This document shows positions 12,791-25,530 of a stretch of 61,545 nucleotides of DNA, piece after piece (position 1 is the stretch's first letter; every line of letters starts with the position of its first letter). The position numbers were made by a program, and so were the translations under genes. The notes under the pieces are model-generated. The model worked only from the letters and a program-made list of their open reading frames with translations. It did not search any database and was not told the origin of the DNA. The stretch is taken from assembly GCA_034780895.1 (NCBI GenBank), contig JAUZTB010000064.1, forward strand, positions 56,590,563 through 56,652,107. Reading direction: 5' to 3'. The DNA is from Rhynchobatus australiae (Eukaryota).

Positions 12791-15700
12791 AACTCTGGCT
12801 CATTAGGCAAAACATTTGGAATGAGACATGGGAATAGAGCTTGGAAAGATCTGTCCTTGTTTCAACAGGTGCAACGTAGGTGCACCATGGCATATTTTTC
12901 ATTCTCAGGACCAAACCTTAATTTGCATGTGTATTTGAGTTGCTTCTGTATTTGGCAACCTCACCTCCAGTGGGCTACAGATGGACCAAACTGTTTTCTA
13001 CTCTATTAACTGAAAGTCCAGAATACCTTCTGCAGTGATTCAGATGGATCTGAGAGGGCTATTATAGTTATGGTACAATATGAGGAAGATCAGTGAATTT
13101 TTCTGGTGTCCAGGCCAACATTACTATTTCAGCTGAACATTTTAACAAGCCGTTTCTCTCCTTCATTCTCTGTTAGTANNNNNNNNNNNNNNNNNNNNNN
13201 NNNNNNNNNNNNNNNNNNNNNNNNNNNNNNNNNNNNNNNNNNNNNNNNNNNNNNNNNNNNNNNNNNNNNNNNNNNNNNCAATGTTATTAATGTGATGGTT
13301 CTCTTTGTCACAACTGCACTTCAGATTAATTTGTGGCACATTGTTGTGAGATTTTTAGATGACATGATAAGGTGGTATATAAGTACATATTTCTTTCATT
13401 CACTTCTCGAACATTGCAGTAAGCTAAAGGGAAATGATTGTTGCCAAACACTGGTGTTCTCTTATGGTAGCACATTCATGCTTTACATTCAATTTCACAC
13501 TTACATAGTGGATGCAGTGAACCATCTCAATTGGAAGAGATTTATTTTAGCATTAAAATTTTTACAATCTATGCTCTGTAATTAATGTATCCTTCTGTTA
13601 GCTCTGCTATCACCATTATCTTTATTAACTTTGTGGAAACAAGAACATTTCATAACCATGCAACATTTTGTCAGTTGTAATTGAATTTCAGCAAAAGTTG
13701 CAATTCTCAGTAATTAACAGAGTTAATAGCCAAAGGCAATTTCATCACAATATTCTATGAGCTCCAACTCAGTCAAAACTAATAAAGGAGTTAATCAAAA
13801 GCACAGAAACTTATGGTGGTTCAGCAGGACAGATGCATGAGAGATAAACTTAAAACGTACTGAAGCAGTTTAATTTTTGGCCTCTCATTGACTGCCTCTT
13901 TTTTATAATTTACACGAAGCGAGGCAAGAAATCCGTCATACCATGACGCTACTCCTTCTAGGTCAGATGGTAAATTCTAGTCACCAAACATGTTGCTGCT
14001 GGCCCATATCACTGCACATGCCTTGATGATTCCTCCCACTTGCTGGAAGGGAAAGGATGCTTCAGTGCTTTGATATAAAATTCCAGGCAGCCAAAAGTGT
14101 TGTAAGCAGTTCTTAAAATAGAACTGCATACTAACTCGAGCAGAGGGGGTCCATTGATACCTCAAGGCTTAGCAAAACATGATTCAGAAACAAAAAGAAA
14201 GCAATGGATACATAATCAGCTGGGAATTTGTCTTCCAGTTGAGACTGGGGTGTTTGTGATATGTTTACTTTGACAGCAGGTGCCAATTGATGGCACTTTA
14301 CAGCAGGATTTAGTGAGGTGGGAAATGATGAGGGTGGAGGGAAGGTAAAACTGGATAACAAGCAGTTTCCGTATGGTTAATGTCACTGCTCAGGGGATAG
14401 CTGCTTATTCAATCATGCTGTGCAAGCTTTGAATTTACTCAGTGAGGCACAAGTCCACAGAGGAGTGTTCCTTGGAAGTGGTCAGAATTCAGAATCATTT
14501 TCAAAAGGGGTAATTCTTCCCCAATGTATTGTTTGCTATTTGCTCATTTGCTTTTCTTTTATGTTTTCCTGTCTTTATTCATCTTTTTTTTTGAATAACC
14601 TTCTTACATATTTTCTTGACATTTGTTTGAATTCAAAAGCTCTGTTACTGCAGTAACTGTATTAAATAACTTAGGAGTGGAAGGAGAGTGACTTTGAATT
14701 TAAGCTGCATGGTGCTGTTTCTTTCAATGATGCACATATGGAAAATAGTTGTTTCTGGAATGGAGCATGATTGCAATCATTTCTGCATTGAATCGTACTC
14801 CTCTGAAATTTCCGGCATGCATATGGTAATATTTCTGCCACATGCAGATAGAATTTCCCATGCAGTGCACCTTTAAAAAGTTGCCTGGGAAATTGGGTCA
14901 CANNNNNNNNNNNNNNNNNNNNNNNNNNNNNNNNNNNNNNNNNNNNNNNNNNNNNNATTGGAATCAGTGTAATTGAAAGTGTGCATCGCTGAGCAGATTT
15001 CAAGCAAGTTATGGGAATCCAGGCTGGGTATATCTCTTTTAATTTAATTATTTACCACCTTTCCTCAGAACCCCAGACACACTCCCCTCCCATCTGACTG
15101 ATCCTCACCACCACCATCGCAAAGGTGACAATATTTTGCCGACAACCCCACCGGATCACCCAATGCTTCTTCGCCACTGTTTACTGCCTCTCACTAAGGT
15201 CCACTCCATGACCCATCTTCTGTATCCCCCCCAGGTCCTAAGCAAACCACCCTCCACAATCCCTGGTCTCAGTCAGTATTCTGACCTCCATCTGTCAACT
15301 CATTCTCACAACTCCAACCTGCCAGGCCCAATCAGTCATCTGACATTCCCTAAACTTTGACTTGCTCATACACCTCCCTTACCCAGGCCCCAACTGGATT
15401 CCAAATTTACAACCCCAGATACCAAGTGGACTACCGTGAACCCCTCACATTCTCTATGGCCTCCAGCAAACTTCTGACCCCTGACAACCAGCCTTCTGTC
15501 CCCAGAAAACCCTGGGGCTCAGTTCCCAGCCACAGGCTTACTTGCTACTCCCCTTTGCAAGGTCCACAATGATGGAGTGAATGAGTGCAAAGGGCCTATC
15601 AGTACCAGCCAGTGCCTTGGGGTTTGGATGTGACTGAGTTTTGCTGTGGGTGGTGCATGACCAAGATGGTTATTGCTGCATCACACAAGGACTGTCTGCA

Positions 15701-15904
15701 GCACTTACCCTGATTCACATGACTCAGTGGTGGTAACCATGAAACTCCAGGATTGTTGCAAGAACTCATCTTGTTCATGAATAAACTCTCGGAAATGAAA
15801 CCTGCCATGATGACTCACTCTGACTTGGATGTGACTCAAGGACAACAGCAGAGCTTTCCAAATTGGCCTGGCAAACTACTGATTTGCACCAATCTCCTAC
15901 ATGG

Positions 15905-15995
15905 GGTCAAACCATTTTCTTAAGAGCGGTTGAAAATGGGCAATCAATGTCGATCTTGCTAGCAATGACCATATCCCATGAACAGATTATTAAAA
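15905..15995 (+). mobile_element. Isolated LINE/SINE 3' tail fragment
   Basis: atgggcaatcaatgtcgatcttgctagcaatgaccatatcccatgaac resembles a recalled chondrichthyan CR1-group 3' terminus. Confidence 0.45.
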
Positions 15996-16539
15996 ATATC
16001 TTCCAGCTTCTCCAATGATATAGATGAACATTCTTTGTATTGGTTTAGCTGGCAAGAACCACTGACCACAACAAAAACACAGTTACTTTTAAGTGGGTGA
16101 AAACATTATGCAGAGCTTCTGGTAATTCAATGTACAATTGTTGGATAAAGATGCCTGCTGGTAATAAGTTACTGCTTCATTCCCTGCTTCACTTTGCATC
16201 TAAATGCTGGTGACTTCCATTGACCTTGATTCCAATGTATTCTTTTCAAATAGTTACTTTCAAGTCCCTCCATGTCTTTCCTAATTAACCTAGCAAACTT
16301 CATCAGAGGTACTTTCTAGACTATGAAACACTTGATCATCTGAATTCCACTTCTCTATTCTTTTACGTCACCATCACTTTCCCTCAGTTTCAGAATTGAT
16401 TGAAGACTTACCCATTATCTTTGGTTCTAACCTCAGTAAGTTCTTACAAGCCTGACACCCCTGGTGCCTTCACCACTCCCCAGCATTATTTGAACTTTGG
16501 AGGTGCCATTCTGGCAAATTTTCTGAATTATTGGATATT

Positions 16540-17515
16540 TTTTTTCTTTTTCAATCTTTTTATTAAATTTCAAATTAATATGCATAGCAATAGTGATTAT
16601 ACACATGGTGCGAAGAGATCGGGATTACAATAATAACAGTTGACACATACACTCACAGGGAGTAAAATACATAATCTGAACCTCCCAATCTCTTATTAAG
16701 TGANNNNNNNNNNNNNNNNNNNNNNNNNNNNNNNNNNNNNNNNNNNNNNNNNNNNNNNNNNNNNNNNNNNNNNNNNNNNNNNNNNNNNNNNNNNNNNNNN
16801 NNNAATTCAAATCAAATGCTCATTAGTACTCACATAGTGAAATCTCAATATTACTGGCCATGGTTTTTGTTGTGCCAGGGGTTTTGTTCTTAGCGCCTGG
16901 TGAGTATGGTCAAGTATGGGATGTACAGAGAAAACTTTAGAGCCAAACACATCCATCAGAAGTTTGAAAAAGAATTCAATAGGATTACCAGTTTCAGCAT
17001 CTTTGCAAAGGCCAATAATCCTCAAATTATTCCTCTGACTTCGACTTTCTAAATCAATAATCTTCTGTCTTTGCTGTTCTAGTATTTGGGTGGTCACAGT
17101 TAAATCCTTTTCCAGTAAGATCAGTCTACAATCTCTCTCTTTGCCAGCTTCATCCAGTTCAGCAATTAATTTCTGTTGTTTACCATTTTCCTGTTTGAGT
17201 GTTGTTAGGCTGTCTTCAATCTCCTTTAACAGTGTTTCCAAAGTGAAAAATTTCTGATCAAGTTTATTATTCAGGAATTTAGAAATAGTTTCCAAAGTAA
17301 ATTGAGGACCTCCATTCCCCTTGTTTTCAGCTGCACCTTTAGCTCTGGTGTTCATTTCTGGCTGTTAAAAATCAAAATCCAATCTTATAAAAATATTATA
17401 AAAGTCTTATTAAAACTTTAGCATAGATATTAAGGAGGTGGTGTACAAAAAATTAGAAAGTGAATGGAGCAGTACCAAGATGTGACCGACTCCATCTAGA
17501 GCCACTAAGAGACGG
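16540..17515 (-). mobile_element. L1-clade LINE with 5' UTR, ORF1 and polyA tail; middle lost in a 100-N gap
   Basis: 13-bp target-site duplication attattggatatt at 16527-16539 and 17516-17528. The minus-strand 3' end reads aataaaaagattgaaaaagaaaaaaa. Confidence 0.9.
16807..17355 (-). pseudogene. L1 ORF1p (coiled coil + RRM start, Transposase_22/L1TD1-like), ending at a probable premature stop
   Basis: Heptad-rich N-terminus followed by DLESRSQRNNLRIIGL..E...FF..LL..VFG....ILDHTHQ...PWPVILRFH, the canonical L1 ORF1 signature. Confidence 0.88.
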
Positions 17516-19609
17516 ATTATTGGATATTACTCCTAATATACCAACACACCTTTTCTTTAGATGTTACACAGGAATATAATAATTTTTCCAGTGAACCAAG
17601 TCAGATTAGGGGGAGTGCAGGAAATAAACCAGGTGAATATAAAGGAAGCACAGAGGACAGTTCCCCATTAAGATTTAAAGGAGAGCAGGAACTGGGGCCC
17701 TGGTGAATTTAAAGTGAGTGCTGGAAGCAGGGTCCTGGTGTGTTAAAAGGAACATGTGGAACAGGGTCATGGTGTCCTTAAATGGAGCATAGGAAACAGA
17801 GCCAGATGCTGAACTATTGAGATTTTCGATAGCGGTTAATTGGATTTTCATTGTTCCTGCTTCACCAAACTCCCTTGGCACCTCTTTATTTTTCTAACTT
17901 TAAATGCTTCTCCAGACTATTGTTTACTAATCTGCTTTTGATCATTTCCTAGTTTTCCTTCTATTACTGATTATTGTTTGTTTGCCTCTCAACTTCAGTG
18001 GCTGTGGTCTGGATTGTTTGGAAGTATGTTTGACTGGCTGCATGTGTAAGGCAAGTGATCCAGCTCAGAAAAGCAGACAATGATACAGGACTTGGACCTC
18101 TGCCACTTTNNNNNNNNNNNNNNNNNNNNNNNNNNNNNNNNNNNNNNNNNNNNNNNNNNNNNNNNNNNNNNNNNNNNNNNNNNNNNNNNNNNNNNNNNNN
18201 NNNNNNNNNNNNNNNNNNNNNNNNNNNNNNNNNNNNNNNNNNNNNNNNNNNNNNNNNNNNNNNNNNNNNNNNNNNNNNNNNNNNNNNNNNNNNNNNNNNN
18301 NNNNNNNNNNNNNNNACACAGCATGGCACCTATATACACCTTTTATTGATGAAGCACAACAATGCCACTAATGTAATGAATTTCAGTTCTCATCTCTTAA
18401 TCAGTCCGAAGCAAGAAGATACATAATCAGCCACCTCTGACCCTCCTGTATCTTGAATACTTCTGCCTCTGGTCAGTATCTGAACATATCTCTTTGAGTC
18501 AATCAATCAATGCTTAATTATTTACCGTATCCTTCCTAAGGTCATTTATAATCAATAGGCTTGTTATCAGCAGTCACATTAGCTTGTGACCACCCATATT
18601 CAACAGACCTGTCACCCTGTATTCCTGCAGAGGATTTATCACTTTTTCTAGCTGCTCTTCTAATTTAGCTATCCCATGGCCTGCCCATCTTAAGACAACA
18701 AGTCAGTTAAGTCTTTCCTATATACCTCAATTTGTATTACCCTGCTTGAGCATCTCCCTATGCTGACCAAAGCCCAAATTGCCAAGGACAGCAGAGCCAA
18801 AGTCTTCTATATTCCCATGACCTCTGGTGAAGAAAGGTTATCTTCAAGACTACATTCCAATGAACTGTTTTTTCCTCATTTGTACGCTGAGTCTACTAGC
18901 TCAGCTACACAAATCGGATCAGACTTTAGTGTGGCAGAAATGTAGTTTTGTCTCACTATATTTTTTTTACATAATAATATGGAAGTTTTGCACATTATGC
19001 AGTTTGCCACAGGTTATATGACATGCTNNNNNNNNNNNNNNNNNNNNNNNNNNNNNNNNNNNNNNNNNNNNNNNNNNNNNNNNNNNNNNNNNNNNNNNNN
19101 NNNNNNNNNNNNNNNNNNNNNNNNNNNNNNNNNNNNNNNNNNNNNNNNNNNNNNNNNNNNNNNNNNNNNNNNNNNNNNNNNNNNNNNNNNNNNNNNNNNN
19201 NNNNNNNNNNNNNNNNNNNNNNNNNNNNNNNNNNNNNNNNNNNNNNNNNNNNNNNNNNNNNNNNNNNNNNNNNNNNNNNNNNNNNNNNNNNNNNNNNNNN
19301 NNNNNNNNNNNNNNNNNNNNNNNNNNNNNNNNNNNNNNNNNNNNNNNNNNNNNNNNNNNNNNNNNNNNNNNNNNNNNNNNNNNNNNNNNNNNNNNNNNNN
19401 NNNNNNNNNNNNNNNNNNNNNNNNNNNNNNNNNNNNNNNNNNNNNNNNNNNNNNNNNNNNNNNNNNNNNNNNNNNNNNNNNNNNNNNNNNNNNNNNNNNN
19501 NNNNNNNNNNNNNNNNNNNNNNNNNNNNNNNNNNNNNNNNNNNNNNNNNNNNNNNNNNNNNNNNNNNNNNNNNNNNNNNNNNNNNNNNNNNNNNNNNNNN
19601 NNNNNNNNN

Positions 19610-19958
19610 AGATTGAGCCGAGATATTCAAAATCATGAATGGTTTTGAAAGAGTAAATAAGGAGAAAATATTCCCAGCTGAAGGTGTGTCAATAACCACA
19701 GGGCATAGATTTAAGGTAATTGGCAACAGAAACAGAGGTGATTTGAGAAAACATTTTTCTACATGTGTGGCTGTTGTGATTGGAAAGGCTGGCAGAAACA
19801 GATTCAAATAGGAATTGGATACCTGCTGGAAGGGATGAAGAGCATGCCATGGGAAAAGTGCAGAATGGTGAGATTAACTCAATGATTGTAACCAAGAGCT
19901 GACAGAGGTAAGATGAGATGAATGGCCTGGTTCTGTGCTGCATAATTCAATGATTCTC
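19610..19958 (+). mobile_element. CR1 LINE 3' end
   Basis: EIFKIMNGFERVNKEKIFP...TTGHRFKVIG, with tail gaatggcctggttctgtgctgcataattcaatgattct. Confidence 0.8.
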
Positions 19959-20599
19959 TGTCATAGTTTTAGTGACACAACATGAAAGAGGCAAATCAAG
20001 CTTAAGATCAAGTCCTGATTGCTACCCCTGCTAAAATGCTACTAACTATACTTTCAGCTGCTTGTTCACTCATGTGGTAATAACCGTGTGGAACTGTCTT
20101 CACCAGTAGTATGGCATCTGCTGTAAAAGCATCTACATTTNNNNNNNNNNGTGAGGCAGTTATAATCTGAGGCTCGGCTCTGTTTCTGTGCAGGCTGGGT
20201 GGTAAGCTGACCAAAGGACTGTTTTTTGTCAAGTTGCACATAACAAAACTCTTAAGTAATCTTCTCTACTTCACCTTCCATCAATTACAGAGAAAGTGCT
20301 GAGCTGCCCCACTGTTTGCAAGTAGACTTACACCTATGGTTTGTTTCTCCTGTCACTTTTCCCTGTCACTTCATTGTTCCTTCATCCTCCAGTTTTGTCA
20401 GCAGATGTTAAGAGATTTAGATACCATTTCAGCATGTGCATAGACTTCCTGAACTTTTTGTCAAACTATTTTGACAATCCCCATTGTACCATTTTACTTA
20501 TGCACATATTTCTATCTTCATTGCCATCATTCTCCTACACAAGTCCTATGTGCAGTTGTGAGCTCAGTTAAATGGGTGCAAACAAAACATTTGCCAGTT

Positions 20600-20935
20600 T
20601 TGCCAGTGTACCAATGCTGAGGCTCAGGGTGGATGAAAATTTACGACCAACTCTATCTGACTGAGGTCTGCTGGTCAGAATGTCTGGCCAGTTGCAGATG
20701 TGGAACTCAAGGCCAAGGTCCAAGAGTTTATTGATGAGCTTATTAGGTTTATGGTGTTGAAGGCTGCGCTGTAATCAATGAATAGCATCCTGACATATGT
20801 ATTCTTATTGTCGAGGTGATTCAGAGCTAAATGTAGTGCAAGGGAGATGGCGTCTTCTGAAGACCTATTTTTCCTGTATGCAAATTGTAGGGAATTTAGA
20901 TTGTCTGGGAGGCTAGGGCTGATGTGGGCCATTAC
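20600..20935 (-). mobile_element. Rex1/Babar LINE reverse transcriptase fragment
   Basis: [47 protein letters not shown] is a diagnostic Rex1/Babar RT segment. Confidence 0.88.
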
Positions 20936-21699
20936 CTATCTCTCTTCATTATGGTCACTTTCACTTTCACTGTTACACCTAGAGCTAAGGTCAGAATCAA
21001 GTACTTTTAATTTTTTAAATATTTTTGTTAAAATATATTTAGGATGAAACAATTGCATCCCTTTTGGTGAACTCAGTTCACTAATATGAAAGAAAAACTA
21101 CCTTTAATATCTACTATCCACTGAAAACAATTATGTTGATTCATCACTATTCTGCTGATTACTGATGTGCCTTTTGAAGTTTATGTTGGAATCAGGCAGA
21201 AATGTAAGCCATTAAATGTTGGATTGAGAACATCTGTAATATTCAATTTTAAATCATATAAAATACACATTTTCAGAAGTTACAATTTGAGCATGTTATA
21301 TATTTTTCTATCAGTCTCTGTTCACCTTCCAGCACAAATGTTAAAAGGACTTCTCGATCATATTTTAAAATAAAAGAGAGATTACTGAAGTCTGCTTTGG
21401 GATTCCAGCAAAGTTGTTGAATCCATTTCTCCCATCAATAGCTCTGAGATACCATGCTGTACAGCAATATGTACTCACATATATATACAGCACTGTGAGA
21501 AATTTCTGCAAAATGAAATAATGCCATAAATAATTTTGCTTCCGTATTGCTTTTTTTAAGTTCTCATGAGGCTGTATATTCCATTCACCAGGATTTACCT
21601 GTGTCATTTATTTTTGTGCCACGTTTTTCTGTGTGCTTATTTCAAGTTGATGTTAAAAAAAACTCACCACATTGGGTGTTTAGTAGAGCATTCCAATTA

Positions 21700-21830
21700 A
21701 TCTCACTCCCTTGCTGCATTTCCATGGCTGTGTAACTGTCTTCCTTTCAGTGACTTATCCATTTCCCTTTTGATTGTTATTATTGAATCTGCTTCCAGCA
21801 TTCTTTCTGGAAATACATTCCAGGTTTCTG
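21700..21830 (-). mobile_element. Short CR1 3' fragment
   Basis: ttatccatttcccttttg...attgaatctgcttccagcattctttctggaaatacattccag is the reverse complement of WNxxPExxxEADS. Confidence 0.55.
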
Positions 21831-21929
21831 CAATTTGCTACCTTAATCTATTTATACTGAGAATAATGCATTGTAGGTCACCCTTCCACTTAGAAAGAAT
21901 CTTTCCCAGTACATTCTATTTATGGATGC

Positions 21930-22925
21930 AACTTAAGTGGACTTCTAGAAGACTTATAACTAAAATTAGAAGTTGTGAGAACTGTGAGAATATATTGACC
22001 CCAGTGGATGCATGATCAATGGAGGCAGAGGAATGGAAAATGGTTATGTCCTAGAATTGGAAGGCAGTGGCTAGTAGTCCTCCACAGCGAGCTGGGCTGA
22101 GCTTTGCTACTTGTTTTATTTATTAGTAACAGTGAGTGCTCCAAATGGACAAATATCCAGATGCTCCAAATTGATTCCTCATATAGTAATTAGAGGGAAA
22201 TCTAAAATTATGAACATACATCAATAAATTACATAAACATGGAAAACAATGAGAGTTTTTTTTAAATAATTAAGCAAAGAGTCATTCACTTTGGACTAAA
22301 AGAGGATAAATCTCAGTTTTGTTTTTCAGTGGTAGGAATAGTGAAGGTCCAAACAGGTGCATTAGTCAAATAATCAAGAAAGGTTAATTGGATGTTAGGT
22401 CTTATGAGTAGAATATAAAGTGGACAGAATTTGCTACAATCCCTTTCTGGAGTAAATCTGGATCTTTATGAATGAATGACTATCCTTAGGAATTGGCTTC
22501 AGTGCAAATGCTCAAAACTGTGATTTGGACTCCATGGGTTAAAATATAGGAAACGTAACATAAACTAGATTTGTCTTTTGTGAAACATGGATGATAAAGG
22601 GGTAATTTGATTGATTATTTTAGGCTGTTGAGTTGGACTCATAACTTTGATAGAGGGAAACCTTTTCCATGGGGGAGTCCATTTTGAAACCCTCAAAAAG
22701 ATCAGAATCTTTTCTTCACATATAATCTGGCAGTACTGTGCCTGTCATCACCACAAAAAGCAATGGATACTAAGTTATTAATGTAAATTGGAATTATTTT
22801 GCACACCAAAAGTATTAAAAGATACACTGCTAAAGCAAGTTTAGGATGCAAATCAGCCATGATTTCACCGAGTAGTTCAACAGGATTGAAAGGCTGAATG
22901 GCCTATTCCAGTTCCTATATTCCTT
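21930..22925 (+). mobile_element. Old, heavily decayed CR1 LINE 3' portion
   Basis: Residual RRLITKIRS and WKAVAS motifs; ends in the CR1 tail ggctgaatggcctattccagttcctatattcct. Confidence 0.6.
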
Positions 22926-23638
22926 TGTTTTTGGGAAGCAAGAAAATGCTGTTTGATGTAACTAAATATGTCCTTTGTGATTGTTCTCCACTGTGTCATC
23001 TTGTCTTCTTGCCAAATTACTTCATTCAGTGAAACATACCTGGTTATTTCTTGAACCTTTCTGCAGGACGTATTAAAAGTCTTCCATCTTCAGTTGTTCA
23101 CTTTGTTTATTGCTTTTTTCTGTGAAATAAGACTCTCTGAATTCCCTGCTTACTCATAAGTTATCATATTTTAAATGATGTCTTGTAGGTTTGGTGTTCT
23201 TTGTTATTTGCAGTTCATTAGAATCAACATTTTTTTTTGTCTATCCTTGATTCTGTTACAATGTTTGGATACCATAACATGATAAAACTTTCCGGCAAGA
23301 TTTTGGGTTTGTTAAAGTGCATTAGAAGCACTTGTTTTTTCATTGCACATGAGTGAATCTACATTTGCTTCTGGGACTTGAGGAAATTTTTGGTCTAGCC
23401 ACAGCAAATCTGAGTGCTAGTGTGTAGAATTCTAAATTACCATTTTCTTCTTTGCAATGTTAAGTCGATGGAAAGGCAGCAGAATGCAGAAGAGCAGACA
23501 GTATTTGAGAATTCATGCTCTACCATACTTCTATGCATCTCATTCCCCTCTATTTGGCCCACTCCCCCTACAACTGTCCCACAGATCTGCAGGCAAAGCT
23601 GTAAAGACCTTAATAAAGTGAAAGTCAACATGGATTTA

Positions 23639-23700
23639 GAGTCTTAGAGTTATACAGCACGAAAACAGGCCCTTCAGCCCGTCTTGTCCATGCCGATGAA
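23639..23700 (-). mobile_element. HER1/HE1 3' tail fragment
   Basis: agagttatacagcacgaaaacaggcccttcagccc is the reverse complement of gggctgaagggcctgt..tgtgctgta (compare 41283-41310). Confidence 0.75.
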
Positions 23701-24109
23701 ATGACTTACTTGAGTGAAATGGTCAAAGCTTTTAAACTTTGTAGGAACACCTCTAAACTGTTGTGGTTGATGCAACAATGTTTGAAATGTTTTACCGCAT
23801 GGTTCTTGAAAGATACAAAAACATTCAATATATGCTAACTTGATTTCCCCCCCAAGAAAGTAACAAAACTCTATTAACAATAACCATCTACATATTTTTA
23901 CCATATAAATTAATTATTTACAAACATATGGTTATATATCAGATGTTCATCTATAAATTCTCAGTGAATTTAATGAATGTACAGGCTTTAAGAAGATTGC
24001 AACTTCTTTAGTTGCAATCTTTTTAACTGCAAAGATGTTTTTGTTACTGCCATGATTCCCACCTCAGACATCCTTGATTCCAGTGAATTATTTCCTTTCG
24101 GTTATGTAT

Positions 24110-25530
24110 CATTTCTGGGAGAGAAATTGTGTTTGACAAACCTACTGGAGTTTATTGTGGATGTAACTGAGAGACTGAATCAGGGAAAACTAGTGAACTA
24201 AAGAGAAACTGACTTGACATTTTGGGGGGTGGCACAATAGTGTAGCGGTTAGCACAATGCTATTACAGTGCCAGTGATCGGGGTTCGATTCCCTTCGCTG
24301 TCTGTAAGGAGTTTGTACGTTCTCCCGTGTCTGCCTGGGTTTCCTCCAGGTGCTCCGGTTTTCTCCCACATTCTAAAGACATACGGATAGGTTAATATAG
24401 GGTTTAAAATGGGCGGCGCGGACTCGTTGGACCAGAAGGGCCTGTTACCACAATGTAAATAAAACAAAATTAGGCTTTCAACACCCAGCTGATATTGAAA
24501 CCTGCTGAGTGCTTTTTGCTTTTATTCCAAATTTCCCATATCTGTAAGTTTTTTTTTATTTTCATACTAGTGGATGTACTGTACTTGGATTTTCACAAAG
24601 CTTTTGATAAAGTCCCACATAAATGGTTAGTGTGTACAATTAAGGTACATGCTGTTGTAGGTAATGTGTTGGCATGAACTGAAAATTGGTTGACAATTAA
24701 GAAGCAGAGAACAGGGATAAATGCATAGGCTATTTTTTGGCGTTGTAGGTAGTTACTCTTTGGTTGAAGAAACTGAATGTAATGTCCTGCAGTTGATCAA
24801 AGACTGGGTGGGATCGTGAATTATGTGGATACAAAGAGGCTTCAAATGAATTAAACAGGTACAGCTAGTGGGCAAAGATGTGGAAGATAGAGTATAACAT
24901 GGATAACTGTGCAGTGCAGCAAGCAGTTAGGAAAGCAGATAGTATATAGGACTTCATGCCAAAAGGCTTTGAGTACAGGAATAAAGATGTCTAACTATAT
25001 TTATATAGAACTTGTTCGTTTGGTCTCCTTGCCATAGAAATGATATATTTGTCATAGAGGAAGGACAAAGAAGATTCACAGATTTCTGCGATGGCAAGGC
25101 TGTGGTATGAGGAATGATTAACTCGGTTTGTATTCACTTGAGATCAGAAGAATGAGAAGGGACCAGATTGAAGCTTACAAAATTCTAGAAGGACTAGACA
25201 GACTGGATATGAAGAGATTGTTATCCCTGGCTGTGATGTCCAAAACAAGAGATCAAAAATCTCAAGTTATAAAGCAAGATTTAGGACTGAGATGAGGAGA
25301 AATTTCTTCATTTAGCAGGTGGTGAACCTGTGGAATTCTCTACTACAGAGGGCTGCAGAGGCCAAGTCAATGAATGTATTTAAGGATGAGATAAATACAT
25401 TTCTAGACTCACATGGCATCAAGTGGTATGGGGAGAGAGCATCAATATGGTATTGAAATAAATTATCACCCATAATTATATTTAATGATAGAACAAGCTC
25501 AAATGGCCAAATCGTGATTTTCTATGTTTC
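24110..25530 (+). mobile_element. CR1 LINE 3' half, interrupted at 24196-24565
   Basis: CLTNLLEF..DVT before the insertion and VDVLYLDFHKAFDKVPHKWL after it, then RRMRRDQIEAYKIL and the 3' UTR. Confidence 0.85.
24224..24470 (+). mobile_element. tRNA-derived V-SINE (HE1-like) with HER1/CR1-type tail
   Basis: A-box-like tagtgtagcggtt, B box ggttcgattccc, V-domain ggagtttgtacgttctcccgtgtctgcctgggtttcctcc, tail ggaccagaagggcctgttacc. Confidence 0.9.

Noticed and set aside
13920-13969. CpG-containing 50-nt segment with a G|gtaaat donor
   Set aside because: Weak acceptor, frame-shifting length, and no recognisable peptide.
15050-15572. Pro/Ser/Thr-rich ORFs 15136-15360 and 15357-15572
   Set aside because: Explained by C-rich low-complexity sequence; no splice or homology support (not titin PEVK).
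24224-24300. tRNA-like sequence (also 29300-29370 and 53354-53425)
   Set aside because: SINE heads followed by the V-domain; no complete cloverleaf.
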